A stretch of DNA of 64,000 nt, from sequence record NC_070999.1. One strand, written 5' to 3'. The translations under genes were made by a program, and so were the position numbers. The notes under the pieces were generated by a model. The model ran no database searches and was not told the DNA's origin. It saw only the letters and a program-made list of their open reading frames with translations. Shown piece after piece: positions 28,109-38,170 of this stretch (positions are counted from its first letter, which is position 1; each line of letters begins with the position of its first letter).

Positions 28109-31100
28109 ATGTATGTTAATAAGGACAGACCTCTACCGATATTGGAAGATAAGAAAGATCCACTAGGTGGATTAATCAACTCTTTCATTAAGGTAGAACG
28201 AGAACGTGATAAGTTACAAGGTGATCCAGCTGGACAACTAAAACAGATCGCTGATTTTAAAACCAGAATGCAAAGTAAAGTTAATACTTTTAGTAGTGAT
28301 CTAAATAGTTTAATCTTAGGTCACAGTGAAGCTAAAGGTCCACTGCACGGTGAAACTAAAGAGACTGTTGGTTTAGGTAATAAAGATAACTTTGCTATGG
28401 GTACAATCGATGATCATATTTCTGGTCTTCGAAAAGATCTGTTCTGTAATCCAGAAGGATTAAGTTATCTTGTTAAAGATCGTGTAACTATCGATCCTAA
28501 TAGTTATCTCCCAGCTAAAGCCATCCCAATTGCTTCTGGTGGGATCTTTGGCGAGGTTCCACAAATTACTTACCACATTAACAGAAATGATACAGAGCAG
28601 AGTTCTGCTAATCCTGTTAACTATATTGGTGAGTCTAACTGGGAGTTTTGTACTCCAGCTGGAATGTTCATTTATCCAATGATGAACAACTCTCCTATTG
28701 TGGGAGTGTTTTCAGATGCTAGTAGTGAGACCGCTAAAACAGTTCAAACTCCTTGGGGTGGAACTAAAGTAAGATACTACGAGAAAGGTATCGTACCAAG
28801 ACGCACCAGACCTGTTACAATGACTTCCGATAAGTTAGCTGGACAAGGTGGTGGAGAGATGCTCAGAAGCGCTGAGGCGTTGTTTGAGCGCTCTACAGTA
28901 CACTATCTGGAAGGTGGGGTGCAAAAGGTACGAGCATTAAACAGAAACCACCTACCTTTTGATGTGTTCGATACTGAAGAAACAAATAACAAAGCCTTTG
29001 GCGGAGTATTTGCTTCTAGAGAAAACATGTTGTATCACATTCTGGTAGACATGGATCTTGGAGAACTCTTACCTATTGATCAACGACCGATGCTTGATTA
29101 CATCGCTAACCAAGTTTGGCCTCGTTCTTCCCAATATCCGTTTGATGAAAAAAATCGTTCTAGATTTGACTTTATCATTAATAAGGATTTACCGCCTATT
29201 CCTGATGATCCTTATAACGGTCCGATCAGACGCTTTTTTGATAAAGCACTCAACTTTACTTATCCGAAAGATCCGGTCAAACGACATCGTAATAAGTTCA
29301 TGGAATATATTGACCGTGGCTTGAATGCGATGTGGCCTGTTAGTAGAACTTCTATCTATAGTAAAGAAGAGTTAGAACTGGTTGATATGGTAATTAACAA
29401 GTTCTGGCCTGGACCTCGTTCTGAAAGTCAAGTTGAAGGTGAGATTATTATCAAGCTGGACTTTGTTATCAGATCGATGTTAGAGCGTGATTACCCATTA
29501 TCTACTAAGAGTACGGAAGGTGATGAGTTAATCTACAAAACTAATAAGAAGTTCGGTCAACAATTCTTAGTTCCAGCTCATGGTAAGATAACTTCTAAGC
29601 TAAGAGATACTGGCGTATTAGGTTTAGATATCAAACTTAAAGATATCATTGAACACGATGTAAGTGGATACGGTAAACTTATCAGACATATCGATAAGAC
29701 ACGTTGTCAATTGGTTTCTTTTGCTTGGCGCAATCGACTGGAAGGTAAAGCGACTGTTAGATTAAGCATCGGCTGGTACACTGTTAACAAGAGTAACTAT
29801 GTTCACGCTTATCTTGATTTGGATTTACATTTTGATGATAATGCAGGAACAGTTACCTCTACCGTAAACGTTGAAACAAGTGACAGTTGGAACCGTGTTA
29901 AACAGGAACTCAATGACAATCTGGAAGTAGTTACTGAAGGTTTGTTTAAGATGTACTCTGGGGATGTAAAAGAGCAACCTACTCACCCTGCGGTGATTGG
30001 TGGTGTGTTTGAAACCCAAGGTGGTCATATGAAGTCTTATAACTTCTATAACCGCCAGTACATTGGTTACTATCGACATGGCGTAGGTTCCACCCTTGAG
30101 TTCATTAATCGAGAGAACAATCTAATTCCAACCCCAACCGAATACAGTTACAACATCCAGTCTGTAGTCAATAGTGACATGTTCTACGGTGATCACTTAC
30201 GTCATATCCCAGTTAAGGTAGATACTACTAATAAAACAGTTCTGTATCTTACTCAAACCAGGGATTGGAAGAACAACTATCGTTGGGCTTTTGTAAACGT
30301 AGAGTCAGAAACACCTGTGGTTCAACCTGATGGTTATGTTGGTCCTAAACGGTTAAGTCGTAAATGGGTAGAAGATCGTAAAGCTTACGTTCCCAGTATG
30401 TTAATTGAGAACGATGAAACAAGTACTACGATGAACATCTCCCCGGTGGTATTTAACAACTGGAATAACTTTACTGGTTATACTAACTACACTCTTGATG
30501 AGAACTCTGATCGGCACCCAATTACTGGTGTGAACGAAGTTCAATTGAGTGTGGAAATTACTAACTGGATTAAGAACCACGTTGTAGACTGGAAGAGTAG
30601 TTATAAACAGTACTTCTTACTACAAGGTAATTTGTATTGGATTGTCCAAACTCTTGATAGCAAAGAGATGTTATCCGATGGAACAGATTGTTACTACGGT
30701 GTTATTAAGAACTGTAGTATTCAAACTACCCAGGAGAACATTAGAACTGTAATTGCTAATAACTCTATTGCTAGTTCTATCACAGTGAGTAAAACCAATG
30801 TCAACACCAAAGCCAGTTTAGATATTGATACTGGTTCAGTGTTTGGTTTTGATCAATTAGCTGGGTTAGATGTCTACGCTTTGAAAGTATTGGATGATGC
30901 AAGGGAAACTAAGTATGAAGTCATGCTTAACGTTGCACCATTTAACAACTTCTACGTAGAGATGAGAATTGAGATCAATAAGCAAACTGGTGAAGTGACA
31001 TTCAAACCTAAGTATGATGCTGTTGATCCTATATTCCCTTACAGTACAACAATTGGTTATCAAATTGACTATGATTCATTGAACAAGTATGGAAGTAAGA

Positions 31101-31633
31101 TTCCTCATCGTGTTCATGTTAACTATCAATCACCAGTGATGTTGAAAAAAGGTATGTGGAGTTTTAGAAAGACGCCTAATAACTACGGGTTCTTTACTAA
31201 GTCAGATGGTTTCGTTGTGATCAATGGGAGAGTCCAAGATAAGGTTCAAGGTATTCCTTTATATCCATTGGGTTCTGCTATTACTATCAGTGGTGAGACA
31301 CTGACCCTGAAGTATCCGATTCACAATGCAAACTTTATTGACTTCCCTAATGGGGATGAACTCTTTGTAACCAGAGATACTAACAATCAATTTGTGGTAT
31401 TTGGACGTTACAATAACAAAGGGTTTAACATTGAACCTAGTTTGAATTGTGTTCCTGTTGGATTTATCAATGATGGTAAGTTTACTTACCACGATCCTAA
31501 TAGTGTTCGCAACTCACTGTTCCCTGTATTCGAGAATAAGCGACTCAATATAGGTAATGCTGGTCAATCTATTCCGGTATTCTACGGTAAACCCGGTGAG
31601 AAATCTCCTAAGAACTTGTTCTTTAAGAAATAA
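28109..31633 (+). CDS. Tail fibre/baseplate protein (paralog 4)
   Basis: ATG 28109 with AGGAG SD; HSEAKGPLHGETKETVGLGNKDNF motif; internal helical W/Y-P repeats. Confidence 0.7.
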   Translation: MYVNKDRPLPILEDKKDPLGGLINSFIKVERERDKLQGDPAGQLKQIADFKTRMQSKVNTFSSDLNSLILGHSEAKGPLHGETKETVGLGNKDNFAMGTIDDHISGLRKDLFCNPEGLSYLVKDRVTIDPNSYLPAKAIPIASGGIFGEVPQITYHINRNDTEQSSANPVNYIGESNWEFCTPAGMFIYPMMNNSPIVGVFSDASSETAKTVQTPWGGTKVRYYEKGIVPRRTRPVTMTSDKLAGQGGGEMLRSAEALFERSTVHYLEGGVQKVRALNRNHLPFDVFDTEETNNKAFGGVFASRENMLYHILVDMDLGELLPIDQRPMLDYIANQVWPRSSQYPFDEKNRSRFDFIINKDLPPIPDDPYNGPIRRFFDKALNFTYPKDPVKRHRNKFMEYIDRGLNAMWPVSRTSIYSKEELELVDMVINKFWPGPRSESQVEGEIIIKLDFVIRSMLERDYPLSTKSTEGDELIYKTNKKFGQQFLVPAHGKITSKLRDTGVLGLDIKLKDIIEHDVSGYGKLIRHIDKTRCQLVSFAWRNRLEGKATVRLSIGWYTVNKSNYVHAYLDLDLHFDDNAGTVTSTVNVETSDSWNRVKQELNDNLEVVTEGLFKMYSGDVKEQPTHPAVIGGVFETQGGHMKSYNFYNRQYIGYYRHGVGSTLEFINRENNLIPTPTEYSYNIQSVVNSDMFYGDHLRHIPVKVDTTNKTVLYLTQTRDWKNNYRWAFVNVESETPVVQPDGYVGPKRLSRKWVEDRKAYVPSMLIENDETSTTMNISPVVFNNWNNFTGYTNYTLDENSDRHPITGVNEVQLSVEITNWIKNHVVDWKSSYKQYFLLQGNLYWIVQTLDSKEMLSDGTDCYYGVIKNCSIQTTQENIRTVIANNSIASSITVSKTNVNTKASLDIDTGSVFGFDQLAGLDVYALKVLDDARETKYEVMLNVAPFNNFYVEMRIEINKQTGEVTFKPKYDAVDPIFPYSTTIGYQIDYDSLNKYGSKIPHRVHVNYQSPVMLKKGMWSFRKTPNNYGFFTKSDGFVVINGRVQDKVQGIPLYPLGSAITISGETLTLKYPIHNANFIDFPNGDELFVTRDTNNQFVVFGRYNNKGFNIEPSLNCVPVGFINDGKFTYHDPNSVRNSLFPVFENKRLNIGNAGQSIPVFYGKPGEKSPKNLFFKK

Positions 31634-31639
31634 CTAATA

Positions 31640-31673
31640 AACTCTCTACTCCCTTAATAGGGGGTAGAGAGTT
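31640..31673. terminator. Bidirectional hairpin terminator
   Basis: aactctctactccct-taat-agggggtagagagtt (one G-U pair) between convergent genes. Confidence 0.8.
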
Positions 31674-31682
31674 ACTTTATGT

Positions 31683-32636
31683 TTAATGTGCGATACTAGT
31701 ATCCTGACCGTCACCTTGTTCTCTGTGAACGTGTTTGAGCATACTAATATCACCAGCAGAAACATCGCCACTAGATTTCATATCACCAGCGGAACTAATA
31801 CCAGCTGTGTTAGTGAGTGTTCCTGATTGAGTCATATTACCTTCGTGGTCTATGTCACCCACTAGTTTAATAGTTGGAGATTTAATAGTAGCTGAAGCTG
31901 TCGCTGACATATCAAATGTTTCACATGCTGCGGTAATGCGTTTAGCCTTCAAACCGATATGTTCTTTACCATGAAATAAAATCTCGTCTTCACAAGAAGC
32001 GATAATCTTTTTCTTATCAATAGCAAAGGTAGATTTCTCTTGATTTGAAAAAGACCAGAAATGTTTTAAGGAGTTTAATATGAACATGTTCTGTTCACCA
32101 TCTACTAAACTAAACCCACCTTGCCCAGTATCAAGTGTAATAGCATAGTTGGTTGCTTCGCCGTTGCCCTGACCGGTAAGTAATTGAATCTTTTTAGTAT
32201 GAGAAGAGATTAAGAAGATATAATAGTTATCTGGAGTTAGAGGTGCGTCTTCTTTTACATTAGGTGTAGCTGAGAAAGCGTATATAACCGTCTCCAGACG
32301 AAGCGTTCCGTCCATCCCAAAGTACATCCATCTAAATAAACTCTGACCTTTAAACTTGTAGACAACCACCTTACTACCCTTTCTAACATCAGGAGCAGTT
32401 ATTCTATTAGTATTAAATGGTAACCACTTCATCATCACTGCGTTAGAACTTAATCCAGAACTGGAGGTAGTATCACCTGTCGGGGATTGTATTGTTACAT
32501 CTTTCTTTTCTGCTTGAGCTACCACTTCTCCATCCGCCTCTGGATATAGAGAAGGAAGATATACCAATACTTCATCAGTGTCTGTAGCTTTATCCTCAGC
32601 TACAGTAGCGACACCATAACACTCTAATACATTCAT
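31683..32636 (-). CDS. Tail tip / central baseplate spike (phiKZ gp164-like)
   Basis: N-terminal OB-like region, Ser/Thr/Gly beta-helix repeats, C-terminal metal-binding HVH (LKHVHRE); likely start ATG 32636 with AAGGA SD. Confidence 0.85.
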   Translation of the reverse strand: MNVLECYGVATVAEDKATDTDEVLVYLPSLYPEADGEVVAQAEKKDVTIQSPTGDTTSSSGLSSNAVMMKWLPFNTNRITAPDVRKGSKVVVYKFKGQSLFRWMYFGMDGTLRLETVIYAFSATPNVKEDAPLTPDNYYIFLISSHTKKIQLLTGQGNGEATNYAITLDTGQGGFSLVDGEQNMFILNSLKHFWSFSNQEKSTFAIDKKKIIASCEDEILFHGKEHIGLKAKRITAACETFDMSATASATIKSPTIKLVGDIDHEGNMTQSGTLTNTAGISSAGDMKSSGDVSAGDISMLKHVHREQGDGQDTSIAH

Positions 32637-32660
32637 AACAAACATCCTTAAGAGGAATCT

Positions 32661-35144
32661 ATGATAACTGGTTTGATTTTGAAAAACTATTCTCCTCTTT
32701 ATAAAAAGGGAGTTAAGTATATTGAGCTTGATACCAAAGAAATCTTTAACATTATCTTAGGTAGAAATGGCTTTGGTAAAACCTCATTATTACAAGAACT
32801 GTCTCCTCTGCCACCTGATAACGGAAGTTACGAGCAAGGTGGTTATAAGGAAGTTAGACTAGTTAATGAAAATGGAACTTATATCCTCAAATCATCAACT
32901 GGTAAATCTAGTCATCACGAGTTTATTCACAATGGTAAGAACCTTAACGAAGGTAACACACTATTGGTGCAAAAGGAGTTAGTAAAGATTCACTTCAAGC
33001 TAACTAACAATGTCAAGAACATTTTAAGTGGATTGGATGTAAGAGATCTCTTTACTACATTAAGTACTGCTAGACGCAAAGACTTCTTAATGTCTATCAA
33101 TCCTAACGATACAAGTTATGCATTGAAGATATTTGAGAAGCTTAAGTCTAACTTAAGCACTATCAAAGGTGGACTGAAAACACAACGTCAACGTTTAGTA
33201 TCTGAGGAATCAAGAGCTAAACAATTAGCTTCCCTTTCTCCAGAAGAGTTGCAAAAAGAAATTAGTTTGATGGATAATCAAATTAAAAATGCGTTGTTAA
33301 TTCACGGAATGTTTTCTAATGTTGAATTTGAACAATATGGTGATTTGAAAAACCAGATTGGTAACATTATCTCTAGACTAATGAGCAATGATGTTAGAAT
33401 CAAATTCCCCAAGAGTACTTATCAAGAACAGTTAGATTTTCGTTATAAGGAACTTGAACGTTCTGAAAAGATGAATCTAAAGTTAACTACTGTACTGGGT
33501 GAAGTTACCACTCAGTTACAAGGTTTAGATTCTTCTACCCAAAGTTTAGACGGATATAAATCTAGACTTGAGATGATCGAGACTAGTTTGGAGTTATTCA
33601 CCCAAGAAATCGTCAATGTTCAAAGCTACTTTGTTACTCACGAGTTGTTTAATGATAATCAACTTTATAAAAATGAAGTAGTATATCGTTACTGTAATGA
33701 ATTGATTGATCAATTACAACAAGTTAGTCGTGCTAGGGATCTTGATATCACTAGCCAAGTGTTTGCTAAAGCTCAACAAGACCTAGTTCACGTTACCAAT
33801 GAGAAGAGTAATGTTGATAGAGAGATAAGTTCTATTAATCACTCTATTGAACACTTTAACAAAGCAGAATCGGTAGAATGTCCAGATTGTAATAGCAAAT
33901 TCAAATTAGGTTTTGAAAAGTTTAATGTTAAAGAACTGGAAGTTAAACGTAATGACTTAGTAAGAGTAAAGGAGAGCCTCACTGAACGTATCCAGAAGCT
34001 CTCAGATTACATTGAAGCTAACGAAGACTGGTATTCGTCTATGCAAGGGTTCCATCGCTTCCTACGTCGATTGGAGTGTTCTGAGGTAATCTATCAAATT
34101 GTTGATCATTACCAAGTTGGTAAGAAAGATCTGACTAGTTTGATTGAATTGCTAAGAAGAACTATACGTTATAACGATCTAGTTAAACAAATTGACTTGT
34201 TGGAAAAAGAACAAGTTCAAGTAAAGGCTCAAATTAACTTCCTGGAAAGTTCCGATATCAACGCATTGTTTCAACGAGCCGAAGATATAGAACGAGAGTT
34301 AGCTATTACTCAGCGTTCTATCGGTAGATTGAAAGTGGAGATTAAAGAACATCTGGAGTTAATTGATATTATCAATGGAGATGAACAGCTAAGAGATCAA
34401 CTACACATTCTGGTAGAAGAGTTAAAAGAGAAAGTTGAGAACAATGGGAAGTACAAAGTAAAGCAGAAAGTAGAACAACTTATCTCTGACTTAACTCCTC
34501 GTAAAGATCAGCTTATCAGTAACTTAATTCGGGCAGAATCTTTGAACTCTGTTATTCAGTCTATAGCCGATAATATCAAGGAACTAGAAAAACGTGAGAA
34601 ACACACTTTACTGTTGATGGATGGGTTATCGCCTGTTAAAGGACTGATCGGATATTTGATGAATGATTTCTTGGTTGCTGTAATTGCAAATATGAATGCA
34701 GTGATTCAACCTATTTGGAGTAATCGTTTACAGATACTGAATTGTTCAACTAGTAAGTCTGACGACGATGTTGATCTTAGTTACATATTTCCAGCAATAA
34801 CTGGCGATAATAACACACCCATTAAAGACGTTGGTGATTGTTCAGGCGGCGAGCGCGAGATGGTTAATCTCGCATTCCGTTGGGTTATTCTCCAATATCT
34901 TGGTAAGAACTGTGGGATGCCTTTGATAATGGATGAGGTGGGTGTAGCTCTAGATGAACTGCATAGAGGGAGGTTCTGTTCTTGGGTCGCTGAACAATAC
35001 AGACTGGACAAAATTAATCAGTCTTTCTTAGTAAGTCATTATGTTAACCAATTTGGTATGTTCACAAATGCTAACGTAATCGCGCTAAATATAGAAGGGT
35101 TGAACATCCCAGTCAAGGTAAATAGTAAAGCAATAATTAAATAA
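32661..35144 (+). CDS. sbcC: SbcC/Rad50-type SMC ATPase (phiKZ gp165-like)
   Basis: Walker A GRNGFGKTS, zinc hook CPDC, signature CSGGERE, Walker B LIMDE, long coiled coils. Confidence 0.92.
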   Translation: MITGLILKNYSPLYKKGVKYIELDTKEIFNIILGRNGFGKTSLLQELSPLPPDNGSYEQGGYKEVRLVNENGTYILKSSTGKSSHHEFIHNGKNLNEGNTLLVQKELVKIHFKLTNNVKNILSGLDVRDLFTTLSTARRKDFLMSINPNDTSYALKIFEKLKSNLSTIKGGLKTQRQRLVSEESRAKQLASLSPEELQKEISLMDNQIKNALLIHGMFSNVEFEQYGDLKNQIGNIISRLMSNDVRIKFPKSTYQEQLDFRYKELERSEKMNLKLTTVLGEVTTQLQGLDSSTQSLDGYKSRLEMIETSLELFTQEIVNVQSYFVTHELFNDNQLYKNEVVYRYCNELIDQLQQVSRARDLDITSQVFAKAQQDLVHVTNEKSNVDREISSINHSIEHFNKAESVECPDCNSKFKLGFEKFNVKELEVKRNDLVRVKESLTERIQKLSDYIEANEDWYSSMQGFHRFLRRLECSEVIYQIVDHYQVGKKDLTSLIELLRRTIRYNDLVKQIDLLEKEQVQVKAQINFLESSDINALFQRAEDIERELAITQRSIGRLKVEIKEHLELIDIINGDEQLRDQLHILVEELKEKVENNGKYKVKQKVEQLISDLTPRKDQLISNLIRAESLNSVIQSIADNIKELEKREKHTLLLMDGLSPVKGLIGYLMNDFLVAVIANMNAVIQPIWSNRLQILNCSTSKSDDDVDLSYIFPAITGDNNTPIKDVGDCSGGEREMVNLAFRWVILQYLGKNCGMPLIMDEVGVALDELHRGRFCSWVAEQYRLDKINQSFLVSHYVNQFGMFTNANVIALNIEGLNIPVKVNSKAIIK

Positions 35145-35177
35145 ATACTGCTAGTTTAATATGTTATGTAGCTGTCT

Positions 35178-35206
35178 CCGGTAAATACCTCACTGGTATT
35201 TACCGG
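35178..35206 (+). terminator. Hairpin terminator
   Basis: ccggtaaatacc-tcact-ggtatttaccgg, 12-bp stem. Confidence 0.75.
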
Positions 35207-35230
35207 GATTTAACTGTCATTTTAACCTTT

Positions 35231-35259
35231 CTATATTTTTTCAAACAGATATTATTATC
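35231..35259 (+). promoter_or_regulatory. Early-type promoter motif (variant)
   Basis: ctatattttttcaaacagatattattatc, close variant of 5942..5970. Confidence 0.7.
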
Positions 35260-35332
35260 ATGTTACACACTAGGAGTGTTACTCTAAGTCACTGAAACAA
35301 ACTGTATAACCAAACTTAAGGAAATGATCGAA

Positions 35333-36100
35333 ATGAAGACTCTAACCCTAATGCTTGTTCTGTTCCTGACGAGCATGACAGTGAACGCCTCACAGTCGAC
35401 CACCACCCGTAAGTATAGCGAACACAGTAAAACCGTTATGCTAGAGCGTTTTGACCAGATCAAAGGTGATCTGTACCACGCATCCGTTACTGCCGGAATC
35501 TCAATGGCAGAACTTACAGCTCTTGGAAGTCTAGAATCTAAACTAAGAGTAAAAGCTAAGAACCCACACAGCACCGCAGCAGGTGTTCTCCAGTACACTA
35601 GCGGTACTTGGAAGAGTAAGAAGAAGCTCTACGGTAAAGAGCTAGGTATTAAACCTAACGCACATCAGTATGATGTAAAGGCCAATCTACTGATTGGCGC
35701 TAAAGATATGCAAGAAACCAAGAAAACCATTATCGAGAAAACTCACTTGACCAATGAGACAATTCGACTTGGCGATCTATACATTTTGCATTTCGTCGGG
35801 GAGAATGGCGGACTTAAACTAATTAACTCTTATTCCCATAAACCGATTAATCAGATCATCAAACTCCATAAGGGTAATAATCGTTACTATTACAAACCTA
35901 ATGGACAAGTCCGTACAGCAAGGGAGTTCCGACAATTCATGGATACTATCGCTCAAGCTGAACTCAAGGTTTATGAACAACGTATTGTAAAGTACCAGAT
36001 GAAACAGTTCTTCCGTGATATCAAACAGGTTGTAACTGATTTCAATCCAGTACTGGAAATCGCCAAACTGAGTCGATATCAAGATCGACCATTTGGTTAA
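35333..36100 (+). CDS. Lytic transglycosylase (phiKZ gp144-type catalytic domain) with N-terminal signal peptide
   Basis: LES..KAKNPHSTAAGVLQY..TW and DLYILHFVG motifs; MKTLTLMLVLFLTSMTVNA signal peptide; no peptidoglycan-binding domain. Confidence 0.8.
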   Translation: MKTLTLMLVLFLTSMTVNASQSTTTRKYSEHSKTVMLERFDQIKGDLYHASVTAGISMAELTALGSLESKLRVKAKNPHSTAAGVLQYTSGTWKSKKKLYGKELGIKPNAHQYDVKANLLIGAKDMQETKKTIIEKTHLTNETIRLGDLYILHFVGENGGLKLINSYSHKPINQIIKLHKGNNRYYYKPNGQVRTAREFRQFMDTIAQAELKVYEQRIVKYQMKQFFRDIKQVVTDFNPVLEIAKLSRYQDRPFG

Positions 36101-36168
36101 AACAATACAGCGACCTTGATGTTCTGAACAAGATATAATAATTTTCATTTTCATAAGGTATTATTGCT

Positions 36169-36429
36169 ATGTTGCAGCAACTTCATTGCGTCGTTAATAA
36201 CGATTACACACTTTCTCCTGTTCCTTCTCCTGTTAGTAATGGTGTAATTGTTTCTTTAGCAGTCAGTTCCGATCCAGTGGGTGGAACGACTGGGGTGTTG
36301 AGTTGGAATAACCAACCGCAAGCATTCATCGTTTACGATCTAACTGGTACCCGTATTAATGGCTATACACCTGTAAGTACCGATCCTGTTACCATTAGAT
36401 CAATCGACAATATCATTCAGTCTTTGTAA
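36169..36429 (+). CDS. Hypothetical protein
   Basis: 86 aa, AAGGT SD. Confidence 0.65.
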   Translation: MLQQLHCVVNNDYTLSPVPSPVSNGVIVSLAVSSDPVGGTTGVLSWNNQPQAFIVYDLTGTRINGYTPVSTDPVTIRSIDNIIQSL

Positions 36430-36447
36430 TGCTAAGTGTAAAGGTTA

Positions 36448-36483
36448 AACTCTAGAGCTGACCAACAGGTCAGCTCTAGAGTT
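36448..36483 (+). terminator. Hairpin terminator
   Basis: aactctagagctgacc-aaca-ggtcagctctagagtt, 16-bp stem. Confidence 0.85.
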
Positions 36484-36494
36484 ATGTTTATCCA

Positions 36495-36511
36495 AAGTCT
36501 AGATAAAAGGA
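36495..36511 (+). promoter_or_regulatory. AGTCTAGATAA(AA)GGA motif (copy 2)
   Basis: aagtctagataaaagga directly upstream of ATG 36518. Confidence 0.6.
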
Positions 36512-36517
36512 ATAATA

Positions 36518-37204
36518 ATGAATTATAACAAAGTGCGTTCTTATTCTAAATCATTTCTAACTACCAAAGTTGGAAATACATCTGTTCAAGTTACTAGATT
36601 AATAACTGGTGTATTTTCTTTTGATGTTTGGTTTAATCCTACTCAGACTGATGTTTGTTATAATGTAGGATTTGAATTCGAAGCTAAACCCGGTAGAGAG
36701 AAAGTTTATAACCTCTTTATGGAAACTGTCACGACAGACTATGAAAGTTTTCCAGATGAAATTAAACCTGTTGTAGACGATTTTCTTAAACAACTTAGAA
36801 AAGGTAGAACTAAAGGTAACTTATTAACACTGTTCCATAGTTGCATAAAAGAAGTACTATACGACTACGAGAAGTTAGGAAACGTTAATAGCGTTAAATC
36901 ATCCTTTAACTACAAAGTTAATCTAGGTGAAAAAGAAGCTTTGATTTTAACCTTTGGTTTCTCTCAAGGTAAGCGTCATGTTAGTGCTAACTTTGTATTA
37001 GGTGTTCAAACGTTTGGATTTAGAGATGTATTAGGACAATGGAGTCTTGAAGGTATTTTATCTGAGATTCGCAGACAGCTTGATTTGAGAGCTATTGCTA
37101 GAAAAGAAAAGTTCTTTAATATAATCTCTACTCACGTTCGTGACAATAAGGAACAACTGGATCACTTATTGTACAGGTTCAATAATAACTTAAATATATT
37201 CTAG
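36518..37204 (+). CDS. Hypothetical protein
   Basis: 228 aa; C-terminus resembles that of 37406..38161. Confidence 0.8.
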   Translation: MNYNKVRSYSKSFLTTKVGNTSVQVTRLITGVFSFDVWFNPTQTDVCYNVGFEFEAKPGREKVYNLFMETVTTDYESFPDEIKPVVDDFLKQLRKGRTKGNLLTLFHSCIKEVLYDYEKLGNVNSVKSSFNYKVNLGEKEALILTFGFSQGKRHVSANFVLGVQTFGFRDVLGQWSLEGILSEIRRQLDLRAIARKEKFFNIISTHVRDNKEQLDHLLYRFNNNLNIF

Positions 37205-37213
37205 GGATAAGAA

Positions 37214-37393
37214 ATGGGAACCACTGTTATATACGAAAGAGAAGAGATTGTATTAAACTTTGAAAAGTTCACTTTAGTTAAAGTAGAAACTGACAAAGGT
37301 ACTTATCAATCTAGTCTACGTGGACATGATCATAATCACGATAAATTAAAACGTACTGCGCAAGGAATTGTTCAGTACGTAAACACACATTAA
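37214..37393 (+). CDS. Small hypothetical protein (not in ORF track)
   Basis: 59 aa MGTTVIYEREE...YVNTH, fills the operon gap exactly. Confidence 0.65.
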   Translation: MGTTVIYEREEIVLNFEKFTLVKVETDKGTYQSSLRGHDHNHDKLKRTAQGIVQYVNTH

Positions 37394-37405
37394 GGGGATT
37401 TAATA

Positions 37406-38161
37406 ATGAAACATTTTGACTCCACTGTTACACGCTTGGTTGTATTTCAAAATAGTACCAATCAAATCGTTGTCACTATTTCGAGAAGTTCTGCAAACAT
37501 CTATACCTTGTTGATGACTTTGTGTGATATAAAGAACGCTTACATCAAATCTCACACGTCAACACACACCACTCCAATCACAATGCGCATTTTGGAAAAC
37601 CACGTTAGTGAGATGATTGATAATAGTGGTGGTCTCCTAGAAGGAGACTTTGGAGCTCTTGTACAGTTCCGTGAGCAGTTTGGCCGTACTAACCCAAGGA
37701 AACGTATTAGTAAACAACTGAAACTGTTTACCGGTGGTTTGATGTACCAATACGAGAACCAGAATTGGTATTCAAGATACAAAGGTAATGTAGTAATTGA
37801 ATTGGCAAAGAAAGTTTATGTTGATCTTGAACAATCTGTAGATGAACAAGACAATAATAAAGTCTTTCTAAAGCTTCACATTGTGGTTGACAAACTAGGA
37901 GATTACTCTTTTGTTCTAGAGTATCGTTTACTGGTTGGTGAAGAATATGTTCCGGGACGTGTTATCCTCAAAGAGAAAGTTAAAGATAATGACGATTTTG
38001 TTTCACTAGTTCGAAAAGGACTGTTGGTAGCTAAACAACGTGGTAAACTATCAATCCATGAAGTTGAAGCTTTCTATAAAGAAGTCACTTCTTTTGTAAT
38101 GAACAATGAATTTGCAATAGAAGAGATCATTGATCGATTGAATGCTAGACTTCCGATTTAA
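37406..38161 (+). CDS. Hypothetical protein
   Basis: 251 aa, AAGGGG SD. Confidence 0.8.
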   Translation: MKHFDSTVTRLVVFQNSTNQIVVTISRSSANIYTLLMTLCDIKNAYIKSHTSTHTTPITMRILENHVSEMIDNSGGLLEGDFGALVQFREQFGRTNPRKRISKQLKLFTGGLMYQYENQNWYSRYKGNVVIELAKKVYVDLEQSVDEQDNNKVFLKLHIVVDKLGDYSFVLEYRLLVGEEYVPGRVILKEKVKDNDDFVSLVRKGLLVAKQRGKLSIHEVEAFYKEVTSFVMNNEFAIEEIIDRLNARLPI

Positions 38162-38170
38162 GGAGTTAAT

